The notes under the pieces were generated by a model. That model saw only the letters and a list, made by a program, of their open reading frames with translations, searched no databases and was not told the origin of the DNA. From contig JBFMAD010000001.1 in assembly GCA_040755855.1 (NCBI GenBank), forward strand, positions 128,001 to 192,000: a stretch of 64,000 nucleotides of DNA, given 5' to 3'. Every line of letters begins with the position of its first letter. The stretch's first letter is position 1. This document shows positions 32,896 to 42,444 of this stretch, one piece after another. Position numbers and translations under genes: made by a program. This stretch comes from Planctomycetota bacterium. GTDB taxonomy: Bacteria; Planctomycetota; Brocadiia; JAADGH01.

Positions 32896-32933
32896 AAACC
32901 TTTTGTTGCAATGAAAAGACGAAAGGAAGTGCA

Positions 32934-33089
32934 ATGAGAACCAAGATACGCAAGAGCACGCGAAAGTGGATCCGGATGTGCGGCTTCCGCAAGCGGATGC
33001 GGACCCGCGGCGGGCGGGCCATCCTGAGCCGCCGCCGGCGGATCAACCGGAAGTTCAACATCGCACCGAAGAACAAAAGGCGACGCTAA
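32934..33089 (+). CDS. rpmH: 50S ribosomal protein bL34 (not in ORF track)
   Basis: MRTKIRKSTRKWIRMCGFRKRMRTRGGRAILSRRRRINRKFNIAPKNKRRR; GFRxRMxTxxGRxxLxRRR signature, SD AAGGAAG. Confidence 0.9.
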   Translation: MRTKIRKSTRKWIRMCGFRKRMRTRGGRAILSRRRRINRKFNIAPKNKRRR

Positions 33090-33107
33090 CGAAACGATGG
33101 TTTTCCA

Positions 33108-33143
33108 AAAGAGGCCGCGCCCGCTCGCGGGCGCGGCCTCTTT
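33108..33143. terminator. Bidirectional intrinsic terminator after rpmH
   Basis: AAAGAGGCCGCGCCCGC-TC-GCGGGCGCGGCCTCTTT perfect inverted repeat. Confidence 0.85.
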
Positions 33144-33178
33144 GCATGTCGGGGGAATGGTAGCCGGGTGAACGAAAG

Positions 33179-35554
33179 ATGAACCGTGATCGGCTTCGAT
33201 GGGCTGCGTTCTTCCTTCTGGCCTTCCTCTATCTCTACTGCCTTGTGGACCCCAAGCTGGTATTCTTCGCCCACGGTACGGTCGTCAAGCTGCCCACCTT
33301 TGCGAACGACGAGGCCCTGGTCCTGGGCGTGCGGGAGCGTCCCGGCGGGGTCGGGGAATTCCTGTCTGCATATGTGCTGAGGTACTTCGGACGCGCCTGG
33401 GCCGGGCCGACCGCCCTCGCGCTTATCGCCATCCTGCTTCACTGGAGCGCGGACCGGCTTGTTGCCTCGGTCAGCGGCAAGCGTCTGCCGGGTGCGGCCT
33501 ACGTCCCGGTGATTTTGTTCCTCGCTATCGCGGGACGATATGACAGGCCGTTCTTTGGCATCGAGTACGCCCTGCCGATGACATTGGTCCTCGTGTGCGC
33601 CGCCGCCTACACCCTTGCCCCTGCCAGGGCGGTGGGCCGCTTGTTCCTCTTTCTTATTCTTGGTACGCCGGTCTATCTCTTTGGCGCGGGGGCCGTGTTG
33701 TTGTTCGGGATTGCCTGCACGGTCCATGAAGTCTTCGGACAACGTCGAGCTGTTCTGGGTCTATCCGTCCTGGCTCTTGGCTTGGTCATCCCGTTATTCG
33801 TTGGCCGATTCGTTTATCACGCGCCGCTGACCAAAGCCTATCTCCGCCTTACTCCCCTCGATCCGGCTGTTGCATGGGACCATCGCGGTCTGCATATCCT
33901 GCTGTTTGCCCTCGTTCCCCTGCTGATGTTCGTATGCCCGCGTCTTCGGCTTGCTCCGCAAGGCGACGCCCCTCGGCAGGATATGGCCCCCGCGTGGACC
34001 GCCGAGTCGCTGCTCCTCCTGCTTGCCGCCGTGGGTGTGATGATATTGTTGTTCGGCCCGGATTTGCAGGCATCGCTCCGAACGGAGAACGAGAGGCCGT
34101 TCGGACAAATTGCCCGGTTACCTGCCTGGCAGAGTGTGTCTCTGCTTGTGGCGGGGCTGCTGTTGGCCGCGCTCGCCGCGTTGTTGTATGTGCGCCTCCC
34201 CTTCACGCGCGGCCGGTGGTGGGTCTTTCTGGCCCTTGCATTTTTTGTCCATTACTATGCAGCGGGACTGGCGACCCTTGTGTTCGCCGTGCTCTGCGCA
34301 ACACATGAATTGTGCGTGAAGCGGCGCCGGCTGCTGGGAATCGGCATCCTAACGGTGCTCCTCTTGACGGGCGGGCTTTGGCTCCTTGCCGCGCGGGACG
34401 CGGACTTCCTCGAATGGCTGGCCCGCACAATTCCCTTCGGACCGGTATTTGACCCGCGAACCCCATCGGTTGCGCGCCGTCTCCTCACGGCGCTGCCGAT
34501 TGCCGCCGTGGTGCTGGCGGCCTGGAGGGCCTGCGTCCCGCCCGAGCATCGCTCCGCCGCGGGTACGCATTCGGATGGCATCGTGCGACGAATGTTCCGT
34601 GCGAGGCTCGGCCCGATAGGCGGCTGGTGCTGCTCATCGCTCCTGCTGATCGCCGTGGCGGGGACGGCGGCAGGATCGCTGTTCGATTGGGACCGGCATG
34701 CCCGCCTCCGGCTCCACTACCTCGCTCGGATGGAGCGATGGGGGGACGTCTTGACGGAGGTCCGTTATCTGCACGACCCGGATGGGGCGGCGCGGCTGGG
34801 CGTGACCCTCGCCCTCTACGAGACGGGGCACCTGGCGGACGACATGTTCGCATTTCCTTATTCCCGGCTCGGCCTGGGGGCGGCGCCGTCGTGGGAGGAA
34901 ATGTCCCTCTATGCCGGCATCTATTTCGAGATGGGCTACCTCAACGCCGCAGAGGAGTTCGCCTTCGCCAACCTCGTTGTGGGGGACCACCCCCTCGTCC
35001 TGCGGCAGCTGGGTCGGCTTTATCTCGCCAAAAATCGCCCGGATACTGCGCGTGTCTTCTACGACGCCCTGCGGCATGACAAGTCATGCCGCCGTTGGGC
35101 CGAGGAATATGACCCCGCCCACATCCCTTCAGGGCCGGCCACCCTTGCGCCGATGGAGGACAGGACCTTCTCCGAATACCCGCGCGATCAGATGCGGAAT
35201 GTGGCGGACTTTCTCGAAGCGAACCCAGGCAATCGGATGGCCCTGGAATTCACCATGGCCTGGCTGCTGCTCCAGCGCCATCTTGATGAGTTCGCCGAGA
35301 ACCTGTCCAGGGTAAAGGCGGCGGGATGCCGGGGGAAGTTGCGGCTCTATCAGGAGGCGTTCCTCGTCCATGCCGACAATCCGGGTGCCGAGACGGGGGA
35401 ACTGGAGATCGCCCCGGAGACGAGGCGGCGCTTCCGCGAGTTTCGGGAAGAGGCGGCGTTGGCGGATGGCCATGCGGGGCGGATGCGTTTGGCGAGGAAG
35501 TTCGGCGACACGTATTTCTTCTACCACCGCTTTGGGGAGAGGCTGGAACATTGA
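33179..35554 (+). CDS. Polytopic membrane protein with C-terminal TPR-like domain (DUF6057-like)
   Basis: PGGVGEFLSAY motif, many TM helices, LAL..TG.LADDMF.FP, NPGNRMALEF.MA.LLL.R.L..F, FGDTYFFY. Confidence 0.7.
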   Translation: MNRDRLRWAAFFLLAFLYLYCLVDPKLVFFAHGTVVKLPTFANDEALVLGVRERPGGVGEFLSAYVLRYFGRAWAGPTALALIAILLHWSADRLVASVSGKRLPGAAYVPVILFLAIAGRYDRPFFGIEYALPMTLVLVCAAAYTLAPARAVGRLFLFLILGTPVYLFGAGAVLLFGIACTVHEVFGQRRAVLGLSVLALGLVIPLFVGRFVYHAPLTKAYLRLTPLDPAVAWDHRGLHILLFALVPLLMFVCPRLRLAPQGDAPRQDMAPAWTAESLLLLLAAVGVMILLFGPDLQASLRTENERPFGQIARLPAWQSVSLLVAGLLLAALAALLYVRLPFTRGRWWVFLALAFFVHYYAAGLATLVFAVLCATHELCVKRRRLLGIGILTVLLLTGGLWLLAARDADFLEWLARTIPFGPVFDPRTPSVARRLLTALPIAAVVLAAWRACVPPEHRSAAGTHSDGIVRRMFRARLGPIGGWCCSSLLLIAVAGTAAGSLFDWDRHARLRLHYLARMERWGDVLTEVRYLHDPDGAARLGVTLALYETGHLADDMFAFPYSRLGLGAAPSWEEMSLYAGIYFEMGYLNAAEEFAFANLVVGDHPLVLRQLGRLYLAKNRPDTARVFYDALRHDKSCRRWAEEYDPAHIPSGPATLAPMEDRTFSEYPRDQMRNVADFLEANPGNRMALEFTMAWLLLQRHLDEFAENLSRVKAAGCRGKLRLYQEAFLVHADNPGAETGELEIAPETRRRFREFREEAALADGHAGRMRLARKFGDTYFFYHRFGERLEH

Positions 35555-37113
35555 GAAGATACCTTCCGATAACTCTTCTGGCGGCGGCCCTGATCGTGGG
35601 CGGAGGTGGGCTGTGGTGGGCGCGCGCCGGCGGCACGCCCGATCCGGCCTCCTGCCTTGTGGTGGATCGCCTCCCCCGAATCCAGCCCGATTATATCAAC
35701 GTTATGATTCCCCAGAACATCGCGCCGTTGAATTTTGTGGTTGAGGAACCCGGGACGCGATTCTATGTGACGATAGCAGGCGAAGGAGGCGGGAGGATTG
35801 ATGTTCAGTCCCGTGGTCCGTCGTTTTGCTTCCCCATCCACACGTGGCGGGACCTGCTGAGCCGGAACCGGGGCAAAGACCTGCAGGTTACGGTCTTTGC
35901 GAAGGGGAAGGATGGCCGGTGGTCCTCCTTCCAGCCGATCCAAAATCGTGTGGCGGAGGAACCAATAGACCCGTATGTCTCCTATCGCCTCATCACCCCG
36001 GCCTATTTCTGGTTCCATGACGACATCGAGATGGGAACCTACCAGCGAGACGTGGAGAGCTTCGACGAAAAGGTCCTGCTGCACAACAGTTCCTTCCGCG
36101 AGTCCGCCTGCTTTAATTGTCACGCCTTCGCGGCGAACCGCCCCTCGACCATGATCCTGCATCTGCGGGGCGACATCGGCCCGGCCATGCTCGTGAATCG
36201 AGAAGGGCAACTGACGAGAGTTGATACCCGCGCAAATGAAAAGCACGGTCCTGTCTCGATGTCCTCGCTCCATCCGAATGGGAGGCTAATGGTTTTCGCC
36301 TCCCCGGACCTGGGTCTTTTCAGCAAGAGCGCCGGCGAGCCGCGCGAGGTCTTTGAGTTCCAGTCCGATGTGGGAATCTATCGCACGGACAAAAACGAAT
36401 TCGTCCGCGTGTCCGGTCTATCGTCCCCGGACCACGCGGAGACATTCCCCGCATGGTCCGGCGATGGGAAGCAATTGTATTTCTGTCGGGCGGAGATTCA
36501 ATGGCTCATCATCGCTGGCGAGAAACGCAGGACACTGCCGGGGAACTACAGGGACGTTCGCTATGATCTGATGCGAATCGTCTATGACGAGACAGAGGAC
36601 ACATGGGGCGAGCCGGAGATGGCGCTATCGGCCGAGCAACTCGGCAAGAGCATCTCCCAGCCCGCCGTCTCTCCCGATGGCCGTTTCATCGTGTTCTGCG
36701 CCGTGGACTATGGGGTGTGGCCGCTCACCCGCCCGGAGGCCGATCTATATCTCATGGACGCCGCGACGGGGAATTACAAGCCGATGGCGTGCAATACCCC
36801 TGGGAGCGAGTCCCTGCCCGATTGGTCCGACAACGGGCGCTGGCTCGTCTTTTCGTCCAAGCGAAAGGACGGCGTGTTCACCCGCCTGTATTTCACGCAC
36901 GTTGACGAGAACGGCAGGAGTTCGCGGGCCATCGAACTGCCGCAGGAGGACCCCGCCGCGCACGCGCGCTTCCTGAGGGCCTACAGCATCCCGCAGTTCA
37001 TGACCGGGCCGGTTACGATCTCCGAAAGGCAGTTGATCGGGGCGATACGAGAGGGACTATCAGCAAAGGGGCAAGGGAAAGAACCCGGCCCCGACAGCCG
37101 GACCGATTATTAA
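35551..37113 (+). CDS. TolB-like (PD40 repeat) membrane-anchored protein with a CxxCH motif
   Basis: TTG start overlapping the upstream TGA; N-terminal TM; LPRIQPDY....IPQNIAPLNF, CFNCH, P.WSGDG, P.VSPDG, WSDNGRWLVFSSKR. Confidence 0.8.
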   Translation: MRRYLPITLLAAALIVGGGGLWWARAGGTPDPASCLVVDRLPRIQPDYINVMIPQNIAPLNFVVEEPGTRFYVTIAGEGGGRIDVQSRGPSFCFPIHTWRDLLSRNRGKDLQVTVFAKGKDGRWSSFQPIQNRVAEEPIDPYVSYRLITPAYFWFHDDIEMGTYQRDVESFDEKVLLHNSSFRESACFNCHAFAANRPSTMILHLRGDIGPAMLVNREGQLTRVDTRANEKHGPVSMSSLHPNGRLMVFASPDLGLFSKSAGEPREVFEFQSDVGIYRTDKNEFVRVSGLSSPDHAETFPAWSGDGKQLYFCRAEIQWLIIAGEKRRTLPGNYRDVRYDLMRIVYDETEDTWGEPEMALSAEQLGKSISQPAVSPDGRFIVFCAVDYGVWPLTRPEADLYLMDAATGNYKPMACNTPGSESLPDWSDNGRWLVFSSKRKDGVFTRLYFTHVDENGRSSRAIELPQEDPAAHARFLRAYSIPQFMTGPVTISERQLIGAIREGLSAKGQGKEPGPDSRTDY

Positions 37114-37133
37114 CGGCCCGGACTGTCCCAATC

Positions 37134-38222
37134 CTACTTGCCGCCCTTCGCCGCTGCGTGGAGCCGAGCGGCGGCATGAGCCGCGCCGCGGCACGTCGGA
37201 CCCAGCCGCAGCGATGCTGCGGGACCGATATGCAGGGCGCAAATCTTCTGTTCCATCTTTACCACGAGGGAGCGAGGCGCCTTATCCGACGCCTGGACAA
37301 GCGAGAGGCCGTTCTCGAAATCCACTCCCGCCCAGCCGTCCGCCAGCTTCGGGTCGCCCGCCTCGATCACGAGGTCATTCGGTTCCTTGACGGTTTGCGC
37401 CGCTCCCAGATGGATGCACTTCGGCGGCAGGTCGGTGGGGCCGATGTGCATATCGCTGATCGGCCTCGGGCACTCGATGTCAATGCGCATCATAGCATTA
37501 TCGGGGCGGATGGTCGCGACAAGGTCGAACTCCCCGCCCAGGTCCATCTTGTGCGTGATGCGCAGGACGTTTCCCTGCAAATCGTAAGCAACCTCTTTGA
37601 CCGCGAGCTTCGACTGCCAGTCCGTCGGGTCCTGGTTCTCGACCAGGACAGTCAGGTCGCGGACGGCGAGGGTCGCCTTTGATGTGACGATGTAGATGTC
37701 GGCCCCAAAGATGCCCGCCTTCGATGGTCGAAGGGTGAAGGCGAAGACGTCGCCGTCGCCGCAGACGACGAAGGTGTATCCCGCGCTGATGCGGTCATAC
37801 TTGACCATCTCGAACGCCTGCTTCTCCGGGTCGGCGTCTTTCATCAGGGCGAAGAGGTCCTTCATCGCGGGATCGGTCAGCGTGCCCTTGTAGAGAAGTA
37901 GGTCGGACTTGGTAAGTTCCGGCGCATCTTCTCGCAGGGCGACGACCTGATAGGTCATGCGATATAGTTTCCGCTTGGCGAGGGCGACGTCAATGCCCTT
38001 GAGTTTCTTGTCGGCCATGGCATTGAGCAGCGTCATGCCTGAGCCGGCGAAGGACCCGGAGTCGCGGCACTGGACGAGGAGGTCGGCGATCTCCTTCTCG
38101 ATGCCGGCCAGGGATTTCGGCTTCTCCTTTCCCAGCGGGGCGGACTCGGCGCGCAGTTCAAGGGCAAGGCCGAGGGTCAACAAACAAAGGATGGTCAAGC
38201 CGTGACAGGGATGAATAAGCAT
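37134..38222 (-). CDS. Secreted hypothetical protein
   Basis: Signal peptide ending LRA; codon usage like host; no motif recognised. Confidence 0.7.
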   Translation of the reverse strand: MLIHPCHGLTILCLLTLGLALELRAESAPLGKEKPKSLAGIEKEIADLLVQCRDSGSFAGSGMTLLNAMADKKLKGIDVALAKRKLYRMTYQVVALREDAPELTKSDLLLYKGTLTDPAMKDLFALMKDADPEKQAFEMVKYDRISAGYTFVVCGDGDVFAFTLRPSKAGIFGADIYIVTSKATLAVRDLTVLVENQDPTDWQSKLAVKEVAYDLQGNVLRITHKMDLGGEFDLVATIRPDNAMMRIDIECPRPISDMHIGPTDLPPKCIHLGAAQTVKEPNDLVIEAGDPKLADGWAGVDFENGLSLVQASDKAPRSLVVKMEQKICALHIGPAASLRLGPTCRGAAHAAARLHAAAKGGK

Positions 38223-38301
38223 GGCGATTCTCCGCTCCAAAACCAGATCATCTGCTTGTCAGGCACACATTGTGCCCGATGCGCGCCCCCAATGCAAGCG
38301 T

Positions 38302-40674
38302 TCATTGGCCCTGCAATCTGATAATCCAATCCGCAATCGCCCGCCTGGTTGCGTTGTAGTCGGAGAAATCGAGGCCGTTCGCCATCTTGTAGTCGCCGGA
38401 GACGAACTTCTCGCCCGTGGGCAGGCGGCCCTTCTCGCCGGTCCATGCCCCCTGGCAGGCCGCGCCGGTGCAGCCGTGGAAGTCAATTTTGGCGATGCGA
38501 TCGAGGACGTCCTCCTCCGCGCGCTCGGCGAGGTCAGCCTTTCCATCCGCCTTTAGTTTCCTGGCCAGTGTGAGGAGTGTGTGGAGATACTTGTAGTCGT
38601 CCACGCCCTCGCGCGCCGCCTCCCAGGCCGTGGTCGGTCCGCCCGGCTCCGCGTCGGTCTTGTTGTAGCGATAGGCCATCGGCAGCTTGCTCTCGTAGAG
38701 TTTGTTGGGCTTGTCGGACTGGTAGCCCGTCATGTAGGCCCACTCGATCATGCCCGTCGCCTTCGCGGCGTAGAGGCCGAAGCCGTAGCCGAAGCGAAGA
38801 GGTTCAGGATGGAAGCCGGTGATGTCAATGTTGTAGAACCAGATCTCCTTATCCTCGCGCTTGAGCCGTTCGAGGAATTCGCCCCAGGCCTTGGCGTCGT
38901 ATGTCCCACGCTTGAGGACGGGGCCGTCGTGGTAGCACTCGATATCCACCCAGGGATGCAGTTCCTCCAAGTACTGCGACGCCCCGTTCGCACCGTCCTC
39001 CTCCGTGCGGAGGCCGGGAATCTTCTTCATGATCTGGAGGCAGCGCTTCGTGGCCGAAAGGAATGGAGGGCTTTGGGGGTCCTTCCGGAAGACTGTGCCC
39101 TTTCCATGTTCATACGGCTCGTCGAAGGGCTGAAAGATGATCTCCGGCCAGCCCTTCTTCTTGCCTTCCGCGACGATGGCCTCGATCACCTGCCGGTAGC
39201 ACTTCTCGAACTTGTCGCTGTTCATATCCTCGCCGGCCTGCTTGTAACAGAAGGCAAAGATGTCGGCCGACATAAGCCAGAGGATGGGCATCTTGAATCC
39301 CGCGCGCAGATACGCGGCAATCGCCTGTTCGAGGTCGCCTGAACCGTCGAATGTGACCTTGACGTTCTCGCCGTCCATCTCCATCTTGCCGCCGAAGCTG
39401 GAGCACAGCCCCATCGTGGTCATGCCGTGTTCGCGCATGTCCTTGTAGGTGGCGTTAGTGAAGTTCAGATCAGCGCCGCCGCGGAAGCGGCAGTACATGC
39501 CGAAGTAGATGTGTTCCGGTTCGAGCAGTCGGATCGGCAGGACCTCGAGTTCGATGTTGACGTTCCGCCTCGCCCCCTTTTCGGGCTGGACCTCCACCTG
39601 TCCCCGGTAGATGCCGGGCTTGGCGTCCTGGGGAACTTTCACGGTTACGTAAAACTGTCTCGTGGTCTCGGCGGGAACGATGGTCGCGTCCGTTTCCTCG
39701 ACGATCACCGGCACGAGCATATCGCCCTCGGCGTACTCTCCCCATCGGCTTTGGCCATGTTGAACGAGGCACTTGACAGGACTTACCCGAACCGCATCGG
39801 CGGGGATTGAGCCGGCCTCCGACTTCATCTCCCCCGCCTTCACCTTAACCGTGCCGAGGTCCTTGAGCGACCGAATACAAAACATAACGGGTTCGTACTC
39901 CCCCGGGGCGGCGAACATCTTGAGCGTATCGTGAATCTCCGTGGCCCTGGGGATCGTGTTGGGGAAGACCATCTCCAGGTAATTCTTCTCGAAGATCACG
40001 CAGCCCGCCTGCTTGTCTGCGTCCGAAAGGGGCGGCATCTCCTTCTTGTCCGTATATCGGACGGGAGGCAGTTCGGTCATGTCTGTGGGGATCATTTCGA
40101 CTTCGTCAAACCAGACAGTTCCGGTTCCAGTATAGCTCATGTTGAGCCAGAGGCGCATGCGAAATTTGGCGGTCTTGGGGTGGGGTTGGTAATGTCCGGT
40201 GAGCAGCTTCCAGTCGTGCGTCCCCTCGGCGGCGATAACGGAGTAGTTTGCTTCAAGGTACTTTCCATTCTCGTCGAGGGACACGCAGCCGATGGCGGCC
40301 TTTGTGTCCTTCAGGTTTTCGGTCCTGATCCAGGCGCGGACGAGGTAGATCTTCGTGCCCTTGACATGGGGGATGTTGTCCTGGCTCCACACGCCGTCAT
40401 CCTCGGTCCGGCGCACGCCGACGCGGACGCTTCGCTTGCCGGAGTGGACTGTTTTGTCGTCCCATCCCCAGTCGGGTTCCTGTTTCTTCACGCCGCGGTC
40501 GCGGTCATTGGCATGGGTGAACTCCCAGGTGAAGTTCCAGGCAGTGGGTTGTTCTTGTCCCTCTTCGAAGTCCGGGTTGGCGAGGATGTTCTTGCCGAGC
40601 TCGGCGCCATAAGACGAGCAAACTTGGAGAACGACGGGAATACAGAAGGTCAGGAAAAGGCAGAAGGGACGCAT
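38302..40674 (-). CDS. Secreted glycoside hydrolase, GH123/DUF4091-like with N-terminal CBM4/9-like module
   Basis: SD GGAGGAG, signal peptide; NILANPDFE...WFDEV CBM; GEYEP Ig-like domain; FDEP acidic pair; WEAAREGVDDYKY. Confidence 0.7.
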   Translation of the reverse strand: MRPFCLFLTFCIPVVLQVCSSYGAELGKNILANPDFEEGQEQPTAWNFTWEFTHANDRDRGVKKQEPDWGWDDKTVHSGKRSVRVGVRRTEDDGVWSQDNIPHVKGTKIYLVRAWIRTENLKDTKAAIGCVSLDENGKYLEANYSVIAAEGTHDWKLLTGHYQPHPKTAKFRMRLWLNMSYTGTGTVWFDEVEMIPTDMTELPPVRYTDKKEMPPLSDADKQAGCVIFEKNYLEMVFPNTIPRATEIHDTLKMFAAPGEYEPVMFCIRSLKDLGTVKVKAGEMKSEAGSIPADAVRVSPVKCLVQHGQSRWGEYAEGDMLVPVIVEETDATIVPAETTRQFYVTVKVPQDAKPGIYRGQVEVQPEKGARRNVNIELEVLPIRLLEPEHIYFGMYCRFRGGADLNFTNATYKDMREHGMTTMGLCSSFGGKMEMDGENVKVTFDGSGDLEQAIAAYLRAGFKMPILWLMSADIFAFCYKQAGEDMNSDKFEKCYRQVIEAIVAEGKKKGWPEIIFQPFDEPYEHGKGTVFRKDPQSPPFLSATKRCLQIMKKIPGLRTEEDGANGASQYLEELHPWVDIECYHDGPVLKRGTYDAKAWGEFLERLKREDKEIWFYNIDITGFHPEPLRFGYGFGLYAAKATGMIEWAYMTGYQSDKPNKLYESKLPMAYRYNKTDAEPGGPTTAWEAAREGVDDYKYLHTLLTLARKLKADGKADLAERAEEDVLDRIAKIDFHGCTGAACQGAWTGEKGRLPTGEKFVSGDYKMANGLDFSDYNATRRAIADWIIRLQGQ

Positions 40675-40705
40675 GACTCCTCCTTGTGTCTTTGGCATCA
40701 AGATG

Positions 40706-40735
40706 ACCTCCCGGAGGTTCCGACCTCCGGGAGGT
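40706..40735. repeat. Tandem 13-bp palindromes ACCTCC-N-GGAGGT
   Basis: ACCTCCCGGAGGT-TCCG-ACCTCCGGGAGGT. Confidence 0.6.
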
Positions 40736-40832
40736 TGACTATATAGAGAAGGGAGCGTGGGGTCAAGCGCGTTTCTTAAATCCTGGAGGAAATGACGCTG
40801 CGCGGAGAGACCCGAAAATCTCAAAAAAGCGT

Positions 40833-40861
40833 TTGACAGTGGGGGGGGAACATGCTATAAG
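40833..40861 (+). promoter_or_regulatory. sigma70 promoter of the LacI gene
   Basis: TTGACA-17 bp-TATAAG with extended TG. Confidence 0.7.
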
Positions 40862-40873
40862 TTTATAGAGGCA

Positions 40874-40886
40874 CTAAATCGTTTAG
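40874..40886. promoter_or_regulatory. Candidate LacI-family operator
   Basis: CTAAA-TCG-TTTAG palindrome with central CG, just downstream of the promoter. Confidence 0.5.
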
Positions 40887-40912
40887 CGTATCACGATAAG
40901 TGTAAAACGATT

Positions 40913-41965
40913 GTGAACAAGCGACCCACCATTCGTGATGTCGCCAATGCGGCCCATGTATCAACGGCCACGGTCTCGCAGATTCTGAGGCATGGCGGCA
41001 ACGAACTAATCAGCGAGAAGACGGTCAAGCGGGTGCAGGAAATCGCCAAGCGGTTGGGGTATCGTCCCAACCTGCTTGCGAGCAGCCTTGGCTCGGGAAA
41101 GAGCAATATCATCGGCGTGATCTCTTCGCGGCTCGACATACGCATCATGGTCCGGAAAATCGAGGCCGCTGAGCAGGTGTTCTCGTCCCATGGGTATGCG
41201 GTGATCGTTCTCGACGCCCGGGGGCAGGAGGAGTTAGAGGCGGAATATGTCTCCTTCCTGTCGCGAGGACTGCTGGATGGGATTCTCATCGCGTCGGACA
41301 CTTCGCCCCTGCTGCGGCTGGAGGTGAAAACTCTCTCCGAGAGAGGGCTTCCCATTGTCACCCTCGAGCCGATTGATGGGGTGGCGATTGATTGTGTCAC
41401 GGTGGATCGGGTGCGCGGGGCGTATAAGGCGGTAAGCCATCTGCTTTCCCTGGGGCACGAGCGGATTGCGTTCCTATCGAGCGATCCGACCAAGCGCGCC
41501 ATCCGCGACCGATACACGGGCTACGAGAAGGCGTTTCGCGAGCGGGGAATGGGAGTGGACCCGGAGATGGTGGTGGTCATCGCGTCGAAGAACCCCTGCC
41601 AAGAGGGGTATGAGGCGGCGCGCGAGGCGTTGAATCTCGATTCCCCGCCCACGGCGTTGTTTTGCCTGAGCGATGAGGTGGCCATCGGCGCGATGGCCTA
41701 TGTGCGTGAGTCCGGGAGGCGGGTGCCGGAGGATGTGGCCGTGGTCGGGTTTGACGATATCCAGGTGGGACGATATGCGGCCACGCCGCTGACGACGGTG
41801 TCGCAGCCGGCAGAAGACATTGGAAGACAGGCGGCGGAACTCCTGATCGAACGGATTAGCGGCAAGAGTGAGGGGATGAAGCCGCGCAAGATAGTGCTCG
41901 AACCTGAACTTGTCATCCGTCAGTCGTGCGGAGCGGCGCCCACGGGCGGGGACACTGCGTGCTGA
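40913..41965 (+). CDS. LacI-family transcriptional regulator
   Basis: TIRDVA..A.VS.ATVS HTH, LGYRPN hinge, VPEDVAVVGFDD, PLTTVSQP, L.IRQS. Confidence 0.97.
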   Translation: MNKRPTIRDVANAAHVSTATVSQILRHGGNELISEKTVKRVQEIAKRLGYRPNLLASSLGSGKSNIIGVISSRLDIRIMVRKIEAAEQVFSSHGYAVIVLDARGQEELEAEYVSFLSRGLLDGILIASDTSPLLRLEVKTLSERGLPIVTLEPIDGVAIDCVTVDRVRGAYKAVSHLLSLGHERIAFLSSDPTKRAIRDRYTGYEKAFRERGMGVDPEMVVVIASKNPCQEGYEAAREALNLDSPPTALFCLSDEVAIGAMAYVRESGRRVPEDVAVVGFDDIQVGRYAATPLTTVSQPAEDIGRQAAELLIERISGKSEGMKPRKIVLEPELVIRQSCGAAPTGGDTAC

Positions 41966-42195
41966 GATTCGAGATTTTTCGCGATCCGGGAATGGGTGGT
42001 ACTTCTGGGCGGCCGTAACGAAAAGCGCGCGTGGTGCTACGGAATGCCCTAAGGGGCGGAACCGCCCATCCCGGGCGCGATTGCACGTCCGGCATGAATT
42101 TTGTCCTTGGATTGCGGAAAAGCTCGTGGTAGGATATTGGCGGTTGGCAGGAGTGTCCAACTCATTATCTCTTTGGCAGAGGGTAGGAGGACAAC

Positions 42196-42393
42196 ATGGT
42201 AAATCAAATCGGTGATGCGGCTGGTCGGGTCTGGCGCTGCCTGAACGAAAACGGCGAAATGGCCCCGTCGGCCGTGGCAAAGAAGACGGGCTTGAAGCGC
42301 GATATGCTCTTCGCGGGGATCGGCTGGCTGGCGCGGGAGCATAAGATCGGCTTCCGACCGGGCAAGCGCGGCGTTTACGTATTCTTGGCTTGA
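42196..42393 (+). CDS. Winged helix-turn-helix protein (DUF2582-like)
   Basis: IG..AG.VW..L...G...GIGWLARE.KI; SD AGGAGG. Confidence 0.85.
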   Translation: MVNQIGDAAGRVWRCLNENGEMAPSAVAKKTGLKRDMLFAGIGWLAREHKIGFRPGKRGVYVFLA

Positions 42394-42444
42394 GGACCCC
42401 GTTCTTGCCCGCCGTCCGGTTCCCCTCAGCGCCGGTCTTCTCAT

